The position numbers were made by a program, and so were the translations under genes. A stretch of DNA of 64,000 nt from a virus. Location: IMG/VR virus record IMGVR_UViG_3300020392_000005. One strand, written 5' to 3'. How positions within the stretch are numbered: the stretch's first letter is position 1; every line of letters begins with the position of its first letter. The notes under the pieces are model-generated. The model was not told where the DNA came from and made no database searches. It saw nothing but the letters and a program-made list of their open reading frames with translations. Shown here one piece after another: positions 35,346-44,595 of the stretch.

Positions 35346-36494
35346 TTAGGGTTTTCTGAATATAAACACAGGCTCATATTTCGCACCACTCTCCTGACTA
35401 CTCAACTGCAACTTGTATGTATCAGTATGTTCAAAACCTTCTTCAACTGCTAGTCTTACGGTGTCGTCTTCAAATGTCTTATGTGATTTAATGTTCGCTA
35501 CATTAAGACCCATATACTTACCTGACTTCAAACCGACTTTAACATTTTGTATAGTCTTTCGTAAGAAGCCTTCGTTCCAGTCTTCGTTAGTAGAAAACTG
35601 ATTAAATGATTGTGCCTCGTCTTCTGAATATTGTTCCCAATTAAAATATGGTGGACTTGTAAATGCGAAATCTAAACTATTCGCTTTAGGTACAAATGTT
35701 TCACTACCTTGTTTATTTAAGAAGTAATGATTATCTGGATTAGCGTGGTCTTCTTTAATCTCTTTTAAACCTTTAAATGTTAGTGTCGCTGGGTCAGTAC
35801 CTACATAATTAACACCTGATATAATCGCACCTAATATACGACCACCATAACCCATAGACATATCCCAGACTAGTTCGCCTGGTTTCATAAAGTTTTGATA
35901 TAAACAAGCAGCTGCTGTAGGTCTAAAGTTAGATACACATTGAGTTCCTGTATATCTTCTTAATAGACTTCTCATTGTGCTTTCTGCTTTGTGTTTACTT
36001 TCGGCAGAAGAATATGTCTCTTCGCCATATAGATTATATGCAATAGGTTTTAAATCGTCTACTTTGTATTTGCCAAAGAAAGAACCAGTTAATAGTTTTC
36101 TGATACCTTTCTTAAAGTGTTCTTCACTCTCAAATATCTCCATAGGTGTCTTCATCTTACCACATCTAATACCAAAACTATGTGGCATATAAGACCACGC
36201 CAATGATAAACCTTCTTGGTGTGGTTTAATAACTTTATCTTTAGTCAATAGATTTTTGCAATCAACTGCTCTTAACTTAGCCATCTTCTCTTGTCGCCAA
36301 GTTTTATCTGTACTATAATAAGGAAAACCTTTTGTTTGCCAGAAAGTATAAACTTCGTCTATGTTCTTTTCTAGTTCAGTTTCATCAACCTTCTCGCCTT
36401 TTAGATTACCTTTACTAGTGATTAAGTCTTCACCTTGTATATCTACAAAAGCTGCTAAACTAGCACTACCTTTTATGTCTGTTAACTTTTTCAT
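35346..36494 (-). CDS. Amino DNA methyltransferase, same family as 19766..21019
   Basis: NFRPTAA, WDMSMGYGGR, FTSPPYF. Confidence 0.8.
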   Translation of the reverse strand: MKKLTDIKGSASLAAFVDIQGEDLITSKGNLKGEKVDETELEKNIDEVYTFWQTKGFPYYSTDKTWRQEKMAKLRAVDCKNLLTKDKVIKPHQEGLSLAWSYMPHSFGIRCGKMKTPMEIFESEEHFKKGIRKLLTGSFFGKYKVDDLKPIAYNLYGEETYSSAESKHKAESTMRSLLRRYTGTQCVSNFRPTAAACLYQNFMKPGELVWDMSMGYGGRILGAIISGVNYVGTDPATLTFKGLKEIKEDHANPDNHYFLNKQGSETFVPKANSLDFAFTSPPYFNWEQYSEDEAQSFNQFSTNEDWNEGFLRKTIQNVKVGLKSGKYMGLNVANIKSHKTFEDDTVRLAVEEGFEHTDTYKLQLSSQESGAKYEPVFIFRKP

Positions 36495-36808
36495 TATTCC
36501 TCGTCTGGTCTAAACTTCGCTCTCATCTTTAATAATTTAGGTAAGTATACTACAACGAATACTATAATCCAGAAACCTAATACTAATCCTAGAAAGAACC
36601 ATCTGTATTCTGAAAATATAATACCTATTGAAACAAACGATACCCATACTATATCCATTGCACTATGAAATATCTGCCACTTCTTGCCATATTTCTTAAT
36701 TAGTTTTTCTCTTTTCTTTGCCATCTTTTTAGATAGATGACGCAATATAACAAAGCCTTCATTTAAGACCATTGTCAAATAACCTAATATAAAAATTAAT
36801 GTAATCAT
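36494..36808 (-). CDS. Membrane protein
   Basis: Three hydrophobic segments. Confidence 0.6.
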   Translation of the reverse strand: MITLIFILGYLTMVLNEGFVILRHLSKKMAKKREKLIKKYGKKWQIFHSAMDIVWVSFVSIGIIFSEYRWFFLGLVLGFWIIVFVVVYLPKLLKMRAKFRPDEE

Positions 36809-37083
36809 TGTCCTTGACTATCTGCCTTTCCTGTACCTCTACTATTTGTTGGTACTTTATCAGAATAGGTAACCGTGTTGCCGTCTCTTGCCTCTTGTTT
36901 TCTTATACTTGTTAAGTCAGGCATAGGTGCTGTTCCTTTATCTTTGCCACTTTCTACTTCGTATTTGTTAAATCTAGGTTTCTTTGATTTATCTAAACTA
37001 CCTACATCTAAAGGATAACCAGGTCTGCATTTAGTAACCTTGCCACCTCTTTTTAAAAACTCTTCTATTGTTTCTTTCTTCAT
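36805..37083 (-). CDS. Hypothetical protein (IEEFLKRGGKVTKC motif)
   Basis: Start at MKKET, overlapping the upstream stop. Confidence 0.6.
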   Translation of the reverse strand: MKKETIEEFLKRGGKVTKCRPGYPLDVGSLDKSKKPRFNKYEVESGKDKGTAPMPDLTSIRKQEARDGNTVTYSDKVPTNSRGTGKADSQGQ

Positions 37084-37244
37084 AGATATTTCTTTTTGTA
37101 CCAACTATAAAATTTCTTATCATTAAAGTATTGTGCAATATGATTAGCAGGCACTTGGTCACTTCTAATACAATCTGCGATATCCTGATAATCTGTAATA
37201 TCAACTTTAATTTGTTTGTCTTGTTTTATTTTACTTAATGCCAT
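37080..37244 (-). CDS. Small hypothetical protein (ADCIRSDQVPA family)
   Basis: Start moved to MALSK to avoid overlap with 37231..37401. Confidence 0.55.
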   Translation of the reverse strand: MALSKIKQDKQIKVDITDYQDIADCIRSDQVPANHIAQYFNDKKFYSWYKKKYL

Positions 37245-37401
37245 TAATGTTCTTTTTCCGTTTTCGCTCTTGTAATATTCTGCCATAATTAGGCCAACCG
37301 AAATCATCAGGATGCTCGTCTGTATATCTCCAACGAATAACTCCTGTACTTGGGTTCCTCTCGTATATCTTTTGTCTTACTTGTTTTGTTCTTTTCGCCA
37401 T
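37231..37401 (-). CDS. Small hypothetical protein, 56 aa (MAKRTKQVRQKIYERNPSTGVIRWRYTDEHPDDFGWPNYGRIL...)
   Basis: Hand-translated; fills an otherwise empty gap. Confidence 0.6.
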   Translation of the reverse strand: MAKRTKQVRQKIYERNPSTGVIRWRYTDEHPDDFGWPNYGRILQERKRKKNINGIK

Positions 37402-37574
37402 TTATTATATCCTTCTAACCACTCTTCTTGTGGAGTATCTTTCGCTTCTCTTGCTTTGTCTTCATACTTCAATATTAAATTTGATAGTTGTTGAAATGGA
37501 TAGTTTCTAGCAACCATATCGTTTCTGTGCTTTTTCAAGTCTTCTAATAATTCTTCAAATAACATAATACTCAT
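37377..37574 (-). CDS. Small hypothetical protein
   Basis: ORF track. Confidence 0.55.
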   Translation of the reverse strand: MSIMLFEELLEDLKKHRNDMVARNYPFQQLSNLILKYEDKAREAKDTPQEEWLEGYNKWRKEQNK

Positions 37575-37580
37575 ACGCTA

Positions 37581-38273
37581 TCATACTTTCCCGAACCTGT
37601 CAAGCAGGTCTAATCTTTTAAAGTACGATTTCTCATATACCTCTTTATCTAGTTCAATACCTATATATTGTCTTCTCATTTCTTTTGCAATCCAAGGCAC
37701 AACACCTGAACCTGCAAATGGGTCAGATACTATATCTTGTTCTTTTGATAGGTATTCTATTATTAATTTAATGAAGTTGTCGTTCCACACATATAGGTTG
37801 AAAGGACCTTTTACATTACCTAGTCTTTTCGTATCATACACTAATATGTTCTTTAACCAATCACCACTTCTTTTGATTGTGCCTTTCTTTGTAAATACTA
37901 AACAATGTTGATAATTGAAATAGTACATATCTCTTTTATCTACTGGATAGTTTCTGACCATTATCTTATAGTCTTTTAGACAATATCCGTTTCTTAACAT
38001 TGCATTGTAATATGTAATATGATTAGGTAGTATCTCACCATTTATCTTTCTATCTGTTTGTGATATAACTACGAAACCATCATCTTTAGTTGTTCTCGCC
38101 ATTTCATCACACGCTTGATTTTGTAATACTTGATACTTCTTAACATCTTTACCATAAGGCGTTTGTGATATATCTGGTAAACTAGTAAATGTTAAGTTAA
38201 CACTCTGGTCTGGCATTTGTTTAAATACATCAAAGGCGTCTCCGTGTATAAACTGATTAATTATATTCTTCAT
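37581..38273 (-). CDS. Beta-class amino-methyltransferase-like protein with atypical catalytic motif
   Basis: IHGDAF, FTSLPD in place of SPPY, DPFAGSG, YIGIELD. Confidence 0.7.
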   Translation of the reverse strand: MKNIINQFIHGDAFDVFKQMPDQSVNLTFTSLPDISQTPYGKDVKKYQVLQNQACDEMARTTKDDGFVVISQTDRKINGEILPNHITYYNAMLRNGYCLKDYKIMVRNYPVDKRDMYYFNYQHCLVFTKKGTIKRSGDWLKNILVYDTKRLGNVKGPFNLYVWNDNFIKLIIEYLSKEQDIVSDPFAGSGVVPWIAKEMRRQYIGIELDKEVYEKSYFKRLDLLDRFGKV

Positions 38274-38727
38274 ATTCTTTCCACTTCTTTCTCATTTTTA
38301 CATATGTCAAGTCATTACAAACTCTATCTCTTATATTCTTAAATATTCTAGCACTCTTTGCCTTATCACTATACAATGCGTCTTTCTCTTGTGGTAATAC
38401 TTTACCATTACTATCATACTTTCTTCCGTCTTTATGATTAGCGTATCTTCTCGCTCTAGTGAAACCCATTTCTAAAAACTTTCTACACATATCCATACCG
38501 ACAAAATCATCTTTCAATCTGTAATCACAATACAAATCATATATCTTGTTTGCTGATTGTGTTGCAATATCTGGTGTTTTAAATCGCCAGTATTTACATA
38601 TATCATTTGTGTATGGTCTAACTAATAATACGCCTTGTTCACCACGACCTATTCTGTATAGTTTTCTAATATCTTGTTTTGTAAAATCTAGTTTCTTGTA
38701 ATCTAATTTATAATCAAACTTTTTCAT
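38257..38727 (-). CDS. DUF4385-family protein
   Basis: YRIGRGEQGVL..PY...WRFKT...DFVGMDM.RKFL.MG.TRARRYANH. Confidence 0.85.
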   Translation of the reverse strand: MKKFDYKLDYKKLDFTKQDIRKLYRIGRGEQGVLLVRPYTNDICKYWRFKTPDIATQSANKIYDLYCDYRLKDDFVGMDMCRKFLEMGFTRARRYANHKDGRKYDSNGKVLPQEKDALYSDKAKSARIFKNIRDRVCNDLTYVKMRKKWKEYEEYN

Positions 38728-39100
38728 TAATATATCTCTTCAATTCTTTATCTTTGACATCTTTAGGTATATCATTTAGATAGAATATTCTATAACTATC
38801 ACTACCATATTTACCTATGCCGTGTAAATCTTTTGCGTCTTTATAATCCCAAGTTAGAAAGTCAACACTCATTTGTTTCAATCTCATCAATCTTATATTA
38901 ACCATACCTAGAGGTTCTAACATCTTCTTTTGTGTATTACTATTACCTCTAATAAATTTTATAGGTGTAGGATATCTCTTAAATAATTTAGGCAACACTC
39001 GTTTTACTTGTACTCTATTTGTAAGATTTAAACATATGACACCTACCATATGTTGCCATACTGATTTAACTTGTTGTTGTACCATCAATTCTTTTTTCAT
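38714..39100 (-). CDS. MBD4-like HhH DNA glycosylase catalytic domain
   Basis: I.LN.T, F.RYP, L.PLG, LHGIGKYGSDSYRIF, DKEL. Confidence 0.75.
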   Translation of the reverse strand: MKKELMVQQQVKSVWQHMVGVICLNLTNRVQVKRVLPKLFKRYPTPIKFIRGNSNTQKKMLEPLGMVNIRLMRLKQMSVDFLTWDYKDAKDLHGIGKYGSDSYRIFYLNDIPKDVKDKELKRYINEKV

Positions 39101-39303
39101 TATTTAGGTCTCTTACTTCTCTTAAATAGATATTCAGCGACTTTGTATATTCTATGTAAATTAGTCACCTCATCTTTCCAATGTTTTGCCATTAGTGGTT
39201 CTGCAATTCGTCTTATTGCTTTGTGTTCTTTAGATTGTTTTACGCCTCTTTCAAAAACAGCGCCACCTGATAACTTCTCTTCTTTTTCAAACTCATTTAT
39301 CAT
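39100..39303 (-). CDS. Small hypothetical protein
   Basis: Start at MINEFE overlapping the upstream stop. Confidence 0.55.
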   Translation of the reverse strand: MINEFEKEEKLSGGAVFERGVKQSKEHKAIRRIAEPLMAKHWKDEVTNLHRIYKVAEYLFKRSKRPK

Positions 39304-39712
39304 ATTGATATTTACATAATATAACTTTAATAGAACCTGCACCTCTTGTACTATATCTATTGAAGACATTTATATCGTTAAATAATACTGCCTCTTTCTG
39401 TTTACAAACTATTCTACATCTATCTACTTTGTTTACTACTTCAATAAAGTTTTCCATTTCAGGTAATACTTCTTCCAGATATACTACAACATTTATATTT
39501 CTATCTCGTAAGATATCTTCGTTATTACCGATATAAACAACTGGTCTTTCTAAACACTTACCTTCTGTTATAGTATCAAGTTGTTTTACTATCTTATCTA
39601 TTTCTGCGTTTGCTCTATCTGACTTTTCATTGTGAAATGCTGATACATCAAAATCTAGTTCGTGTATATCAAAGCCACTTTCTTTAAATAATTTTTCGTC
39701 TATGTATTTCAT
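39293..39712 (-). CDS. Hypothetical protein
   Basis: ORF track. Confidence 0.55.
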   Translation of the reverse strand: MKYIDEKLFKESGFDIHELDFDVSAFHNEKSDRANAEIDKIVKQLDTITEGKCLERPVVYIGNNEDILRDRNINVVVYLEEVLPEMENFIEVVNKVDRCRIVCKQKEAVLFNDINVFNRYSTRGAGSIKVILCKYQYDK

Positions 39713-40206
39713 TTTTTTATCTCTGGTATATAATATGCAAAGTGTATTACTCGTCTAATACCTTTACCATTGTTTGCTCTATGAAAGAAACCAGGTGCCT
39801 GATTTAACCACATATATTCTCCTACTTCAGGATAAATTCTATGTGGAGCACTATTAGTTTCTTTTACTTCTATATAGTTATCGTTTTCTTCTGTACCTTT
39901 ATCTAGGTAGACTAATATATTTGAATTAAATTTATCACCATAAACATAGTCATTATGAAACTCGTTGTTTTCTTTGGTTACATTTTGCCATAGTCCTGGT
40001 CTTTCAGTTAACTCATAGTTATCAAAAGTCTGTACAATTTTATTCTCTAATTGACCTTGTATATGTCCTAGTGTTCTTTGTTGATACTCACTTAAATTTA
40101 AATCATTTGTTTCATAATCTATTTCAGGAAAGTTTATGTTGTCAAATGCTTTGTAATCAAAGTCAACTTTGCCTTTATAGTATCCGTGTATAAAGAAACT
40201 CATCAT
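39709..40206 (-). CDS. 2OG-Fe(II) oxygenase-like protein
   Basis: FHND...LVYL...FHRA....RR. Confidence 0.6.
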   Translation of the reverse strand: MMSFFIHGYYKGKVDFDYKAFDNINFPEIDYETNDLNLSEYQQRTLGHIQGQLENKIVQTFDNYELTERPGLWQNVTKENNEFHNDYVYGDKFNSNILVYLDKGTEENDNYIEVKETNSAPHRIYPEVGEYMWLNQAPGFFHRANNGKGIRRVIHFAYYIPEIKK

Positions 40207-41099
40207 TGTATACCACCTGTAATAGTATGTACTTCGTCATTAGATAATCTTCTGCCTACACACCAGAATACATTAGTACCTGTGCCTGTGTCAACATTTT
40301 CAAGCATCCATTTATATGCTTTCGCTTCGTATAAGTCGTCTAGTTTAAATGATGATTGTTCTGGTTGATACTCTTTCTCATCATACATAGGTGTATCAAT
40401 AGTAATATTGAGAGGAGTACTATAACTTGTTTTGGGAGTGTAAAATTCAAAGTCATAATCGCCACTTTCTAAACCAAAATAACTTCTTATGTTTTTAGTT
40501 CTATCTGGTCCTACACCGACACCGATTATTCGTTTGACTTTCTTATTGTATTTCTTAATACCATACATAACGGCAGACATCTGAATACCTACACCACAAC
40601 TCATAACTAAAGTATCCATTTCATCTGGTAAATTCTTTGCTTGTTCACCATTAGTCTCTAACATTAATTCAGGTTCTTGCATAATCCATTTATCAAAAGA
40701 TGTATAGAAATAATTGTTTTGTTCTATTATATCTCTAGTTCTTTTTGCAAGTACACTATTGATACCGTGACCTGCAACTATTCTAATCTCACCACCATAA
40801 TATTGTGCAAGTTGTATTATGTGGCGTTTCTGTAAAGTTTCAGGTTTAGTACCACCAACTGCAAAAATTGAATTGAAACCATACTCTTTTGCAACCCTAC
40901 TGATAACACTAGCGGTAGGACTATGTACTGAAACAGATTGTATAACTCCGTTATTGTGTTCATTTTTTATCTTATCTTTATACTTTTCAAACAAGGCGAT
41001 TGTCTGTCTCATCTTACCACCATTAACATCGCCGTATGGTGCAAACTTATCGTCTCGTTTAAAGTATATATTATTGTACTTTTCTATGGGCGTCAGCAT
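40203..41099 (-). CDS. PLP-dependent enzyme (ACC deaminase/D-Cys desulfhydrase-like, fold type II)
   Basis: LTPIE, FKRDD, NGGKMR, SCGVG, LD.LYEAKA. Confidence 0.75.
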   Translation of the reverse strand: MLTPIEKYNNIYFKRDDKFAPYGDVNGGKMRQTIALFEKYKDKIKNEHNNGVIQSVSVHSPTASVISRVAKEYGFNSIFAVGGTKPETLQKRHIIQLAQYYGGEIRIVAGHGINSVLAKRTRDIIEQNNYFYTSFDKWIMQEPELMLETNGEQAKNLPDEMDTLVMSCGVGIQMSAVMYGIKKYNKKVKRIIGVGVGPDRTKNIRSYFGLESGDYDFEFYTPKTSYSTPLNITIDTPMYDEKEYQPEQSSFKLDDLYEAKAYKWMLENVDTGTGTNVFWCVGRRLSNDEVHTITGGIQ

Positions 41100-42267
41100 T
41101 AAATAAACTTCTCACTTGTTCGTTGGCAACTACATCTATAACTAAATGTGTTCTCCAATCATTACCATTATTAATCGCCATATGTGGTTTTCTAATATCT
41201 AGGTACCAACAATGACCTTCTTCCATATTTACTTTAACTTTAGAACCTGTCGTTGACCAACTTGTAAACTCTACATTAGGATTAGTCTTAATAGGAATAT
41301 GTATTCTCATTAACTTACCATCTTGTATACCGACATCTGGATCCACTTGGTCTGTATGTCGTTCTAGTTCACCACCACCAGGTTTTAGTTTCATAAATCT
41401 AACTCTATGTATTTCTGTTTCAAATACATCTAATATCTTTTCTACTAATGGAAACTTCTTACGCCAATCTGTATCTTGCATTTCAAAGTGTTCGTTCTCA
41501 TTTTCTTTCTGCCACTTCTTATTCATTTCAACAGGTTTAGTAATAAATCTGTAATCGTTCTTGTAACCTCTTAATGAGATAGCAGACCAAGACTTTGCCT
41601 TATTGTAATTAGAATAATGGTTTGTGTATTCTATATCCATTTCTTCTAATTGTTTTGCAAGTTGTTTTGTAATATCTGTAAATGACACTTGTAAAGGTTT
41701 CAATGTATACTTCTCATATACAGGTACTTCTCTATGTTGTCTATCTTCTAATACTTGTCCTGCATTTCTAAAATACACACCTATAATATCTGCAACTGAA
41801 TTGTATTTGACACCGACTTTTTCAAAGTATGCTTCACTTGCGATTGATTTATCAGGACCACTCTCTTCGTTAATCAATAACCATACATTAGAGTTTGTGT
41901 AGTATGCGTCATCTGTTAATGCTGTTATAATATTTCGTCTATCAAACTCATCTGAATAACCTAGATGTTTAATCTCTATATCGCCAGGTAGTTTCTCACC
42001 TATGACTACACCAGGAAACATATTGATTTTAGTTTTGACTTTTACTTTAGTTTGATGAATAAGACCTTTACCTAGAAGTTGTATCTGGTCTTTTGATAAT
42101 GCTTCTGCAATATTATTCTTCTTAAATTTTGATAATTCGTGTTGGGCGTATTCGTTATAACTATTAAATCTCTTTTCTAGTTCTTTTAAATAGTCTAACT
42201 CAAAACCTTTTTGCCAAGGCTTTATTTCTTTTGTTGTGCTTTCAACGCCTTCTGATATCGTTTCCAC
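41071..42267 (-). CDS. Two-domain protein with C-terminal aspartyl/asparaginyl beta-hydroxylase-type 2OG oxygenase
   Basis: RVRFMKL.PGG...HTD, RIHIPI.TN, PH.AIN...R.HLVID. Confidence 0.75.
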   Translation of the reverse strand: METISEGVESTTKEIKPWQKGFELDYLKELEKRFNSYNEYAQHELSKFKKNNIAEALSKDQIQLLGKGLIHQTKVKVKTKINMFPGVVIGEKLPGDIEIKHLGYSDEFDRRNIITALTDDAYYTNSNVWLLINEESGPDKSIASEAYFEKVGVKYNSVADIIGVYFRNAGQVLEDRQHREVPVYEKYTLKPLQVSFTDITKQLAKQLEEMDIEYTNHYSNYNKAKSWSAISLRGYKNDYRFITKPVEMNKKWQKENENEHFEMQDTDWRKKFPLVEKILDVFETEIHRVRFMKLKPGGGELERHTDQVDPDVGIQDGKLMRIHIPIKTNPNVEFTSWSTTGSKVKVNMEEGHCWYLDIRKPHMAINNGNDWRTHLVIDVVANEQVRSLFNADAHRKVQ

Positions 42268-42890
42268 TTATCCATCTCCTTTTCTGCTTTTTTATATGCC
42301 ATATCAAGTTTTAGTTTACTTACTTTTTGCACCATTAGAATACCTGCCTGATGGTCATATTCGTGTTGACAAACTCTACTCATCATACCATCTAATTGTG
42401 CCTCTTTTAAATCACCTTTCTCATCTTCGTACTTCATCAAGCACTTACGAGGTCTCTTAATGCTAACAAATAAGAAAGGAAAAGTCAAGCATCCTTCTTT
42501 CATTAAAACCTCTTCTTTACTTGAAGACATTATTACAGGATTAAACATTGCAAGTTTTAGACCATTTTCTACTGATTTATGGTCTCCTGCAACAAACATA
42601 TTGAAAGGTAACCCTACCTGTATTGCACTCAAACCTATACCACCATATTTGTGCATAAGTTCAAACATACCTGATACTAATTCTTTTCTATCTTTGATAC
42701 CATATTCTTCTAACATATGGTCTTTGAAAGGTGCAACTGGCACTCTAACTCTCGGGTCGTTAGGTGGTAACAATTCATAATGAAATGTTTTAGGATTTAC
42801 ACCTTTTCTTATTTCTGCTGTTTCTTCTACAGCAGGTGCTACTTCTGCTTTTGTATCTTCTTTGGTCACTTCTATTTTATCAGACATCAA
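42222..42890 (-). CDS. def: Peptide deformylase
   Basis: GIGLSA.QVG, EGCLT, QHEYDH. Confidence 0.92.
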   Translation of the reverse strand: MMSDKIEVTKEDTKAEVAPAVEETAEIRKGVNPKTFHYELLPPNDPRVRVPVAPFKDHMLEEYGIKDRKELVSGMFELMHKYGGIGLSAIQVGLPFNMFVAGDHKSVENGLKLAMFNPVIMSSSKEEVLMKEGCLTFPFLFVSIKRPRKCLMKYEDEKGDLKEAQLDGMMSRVCQHEYDHQAGILMVQKVSKLKLDMAYKKAEKEMDKWKRYQKALKAQQKK

Positions 42891-44595
42891 CTATCCTCGT
42901 AAAGTTTTGGTATTTCTCAAATTTAATTATGTTAGTAAACTTATCAAACATTATATCACCTTTGTGAGATATAATATAGATGTTTTCTTTTGTAAGTGTT
43001 TTGACAATCTTAAAGAAGTCATCTGTTCCTTGACCATCTAAACTACTATCAAATATCTCATCTAATATTAATAAGTTCGTGTTGACACTATTTTTCATCT
43101 TTGCGATACTTCGCCAAGTAAATAATAATGACAAGTCTATTCTCATCTTCTCACCTTCACTAAAGTTATTATAGTTAAAGGTGTCCATATGTCTACTTCG
43201 TACCGTCTCTTTAAACTCTTCGTCTAAATGAAATGATACAAAGAAGTCCATAGATTGTAAGTATTGATTAATTAACTTGTTCATAACAGGTAGATACTTC
43301 TTAATAATCTGTGCTCTAGCACCACTATCATCTACTATCTGTCTCAACACATCAATATACTTTTTCTCATCAACAACATTGTCTCTATCTTGTTTTGTTT
43401 TGACAAGTTCTTGTTTTAATCTTACTATCTCTTCTTTTATATTTAGGCCTGAGGTATCTTCTATTCTTAATTTTTCTATCTCATCTTCAAGTCTATCTGA
43501 ATATCTTTTTAACTCATCAATAGAAGTGTTAAGTTTTGCAACATTAGTTTCTATACTTCTAATTCTTTCTGATACCTTATCAAAGTTAGATATCTTTTCT
43601 TCTTGTTTTGTTATCTCACTTAATAGTTGTTTGTAACCATCTTGTAATTTAACTACTGCTCTTCGTTCTTCATCTATCTTATCTTGTCTAAACTCTTCTT
43701 TGATATCCTGTGTACAGGTAGGACAATTCTTATTCTCTTCAAAAAACTTCAATGCCTTTTTATGTGTCTTTAAATTCTGGTCTATCTTCGCTTCTAGTTT
43801 TTGTAGTTGTGTCATCTTTTCTGACACTTTAACTTTGTCTGCTATCTGTAATTGATTTTGCACTATCTCTTTATTCAGACTTTCTATTCTGAACATATAA
43901 TCTCTTTTATCGTTTTGTGCTTTTGTAATATCTTTTTGTTTTACATCTATCTGGTCTGTATCTCTTTTAGATAGTTCATTGTAATGTTGTTCTTGTAGAT
44001 TAACTTTGTTCTCAATCAAGTCTACACTATGTCTCAATGTAGTAATATCTTTTGTAAGTTCTTGTTGTTTACTTCTTAATAACAAGTTCATACTTGCAAA
44101 GACTTTGATATCTAATATCTCTTCAATAACATCACGCCTATAACTTGCTCTCATCTTCATAAATGGTTCATAAGAAGATGAACCTAGTATTACGACTTGA
44201 CAAAATGACCTGTAATTTAGTTTTAAGATATTTGTTTCTAGGTACTTCTGATAATCTACACCACTTGCATTTTGATTTAGAAGTTCGCCGTCTTGGTATA
44301 TTTCAAATATGTTAGGTTTGATACCTCGTCTTACTTTGTATGCCTTAGGACCTATACTAAAATAAACTTCAACAATACTATCTGCATTATTGATAGTATT
44401 AATCATCTGGTCTTTCTTAATAATTCTGTAAGGTTTGTTGAACAAGGCAAAACATAAGGCGTCTAATATAGTTGACTTACCTGAACCGTTTTTACCTATG
44501 ATAAGAGTAGTAGGACTTTCTCTTAAATTTATTTCTATCGGTGTATTACCTGTACTTAAAAAGTTTCGCCAAGTTATCTTATGAAATATAACCAT
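42880..44595 (-). CDS. 46: Recombination endonuclease ATPase subunit (T4 gp46, Rad50-like)
   Basis: GKNGSGKS, CPTC hook, FSEGEK, LDEIFDSSLD. Confidence 0.95.
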   Translation of the reverse strand: MVIFHKITWRNFLSTGNTPIEINLRESPTTLIIGKNGSGKSTILDALCFALFNKPYRIIKKDQMINTINNADSIVEVYFSIGPKAYKVRRGIKPNIFEIYQDGELLNQNASGVDYQKYLETNILKLNYRSFCQVVILGSSSYEPFMKMRASYRRDVIEEILDIKVFASMNLLLRSKQQELTKDITTLRHSVDLIENKVNLQEQHYNELSKRDTDQIDVKQKDITKAQNDKRDYMFRIESLNKEIVQNQLQIADKVKVSEKMTQLQKLEAKIDQNLKTHKKALKFFEENKNCPTCTQDIKEEFRQDKIDEERRAVVKLQDGYKQLLSEITKQEEKISNFDKVSERIRSIETNVAKLNTSIDELKRYSDRLEDEIEKLRIEDTSGLNIKEEIVRLKQELVKTKQDRDNVVDEKKYIDVLRQIVDDSGARAQIIKKYLPVMNKLINQYLQSMDFFVSFHLDEEFKETVRSRHMDTFNYNNFSEGEKMRIDLSLLFTWRSIAKMKNSVNTNLLILDEIFDSSLDGQGTDDFFKIVKTLTKENIYIISHKGDIMFDKFTNIIKFEKYQNFTRIVDV

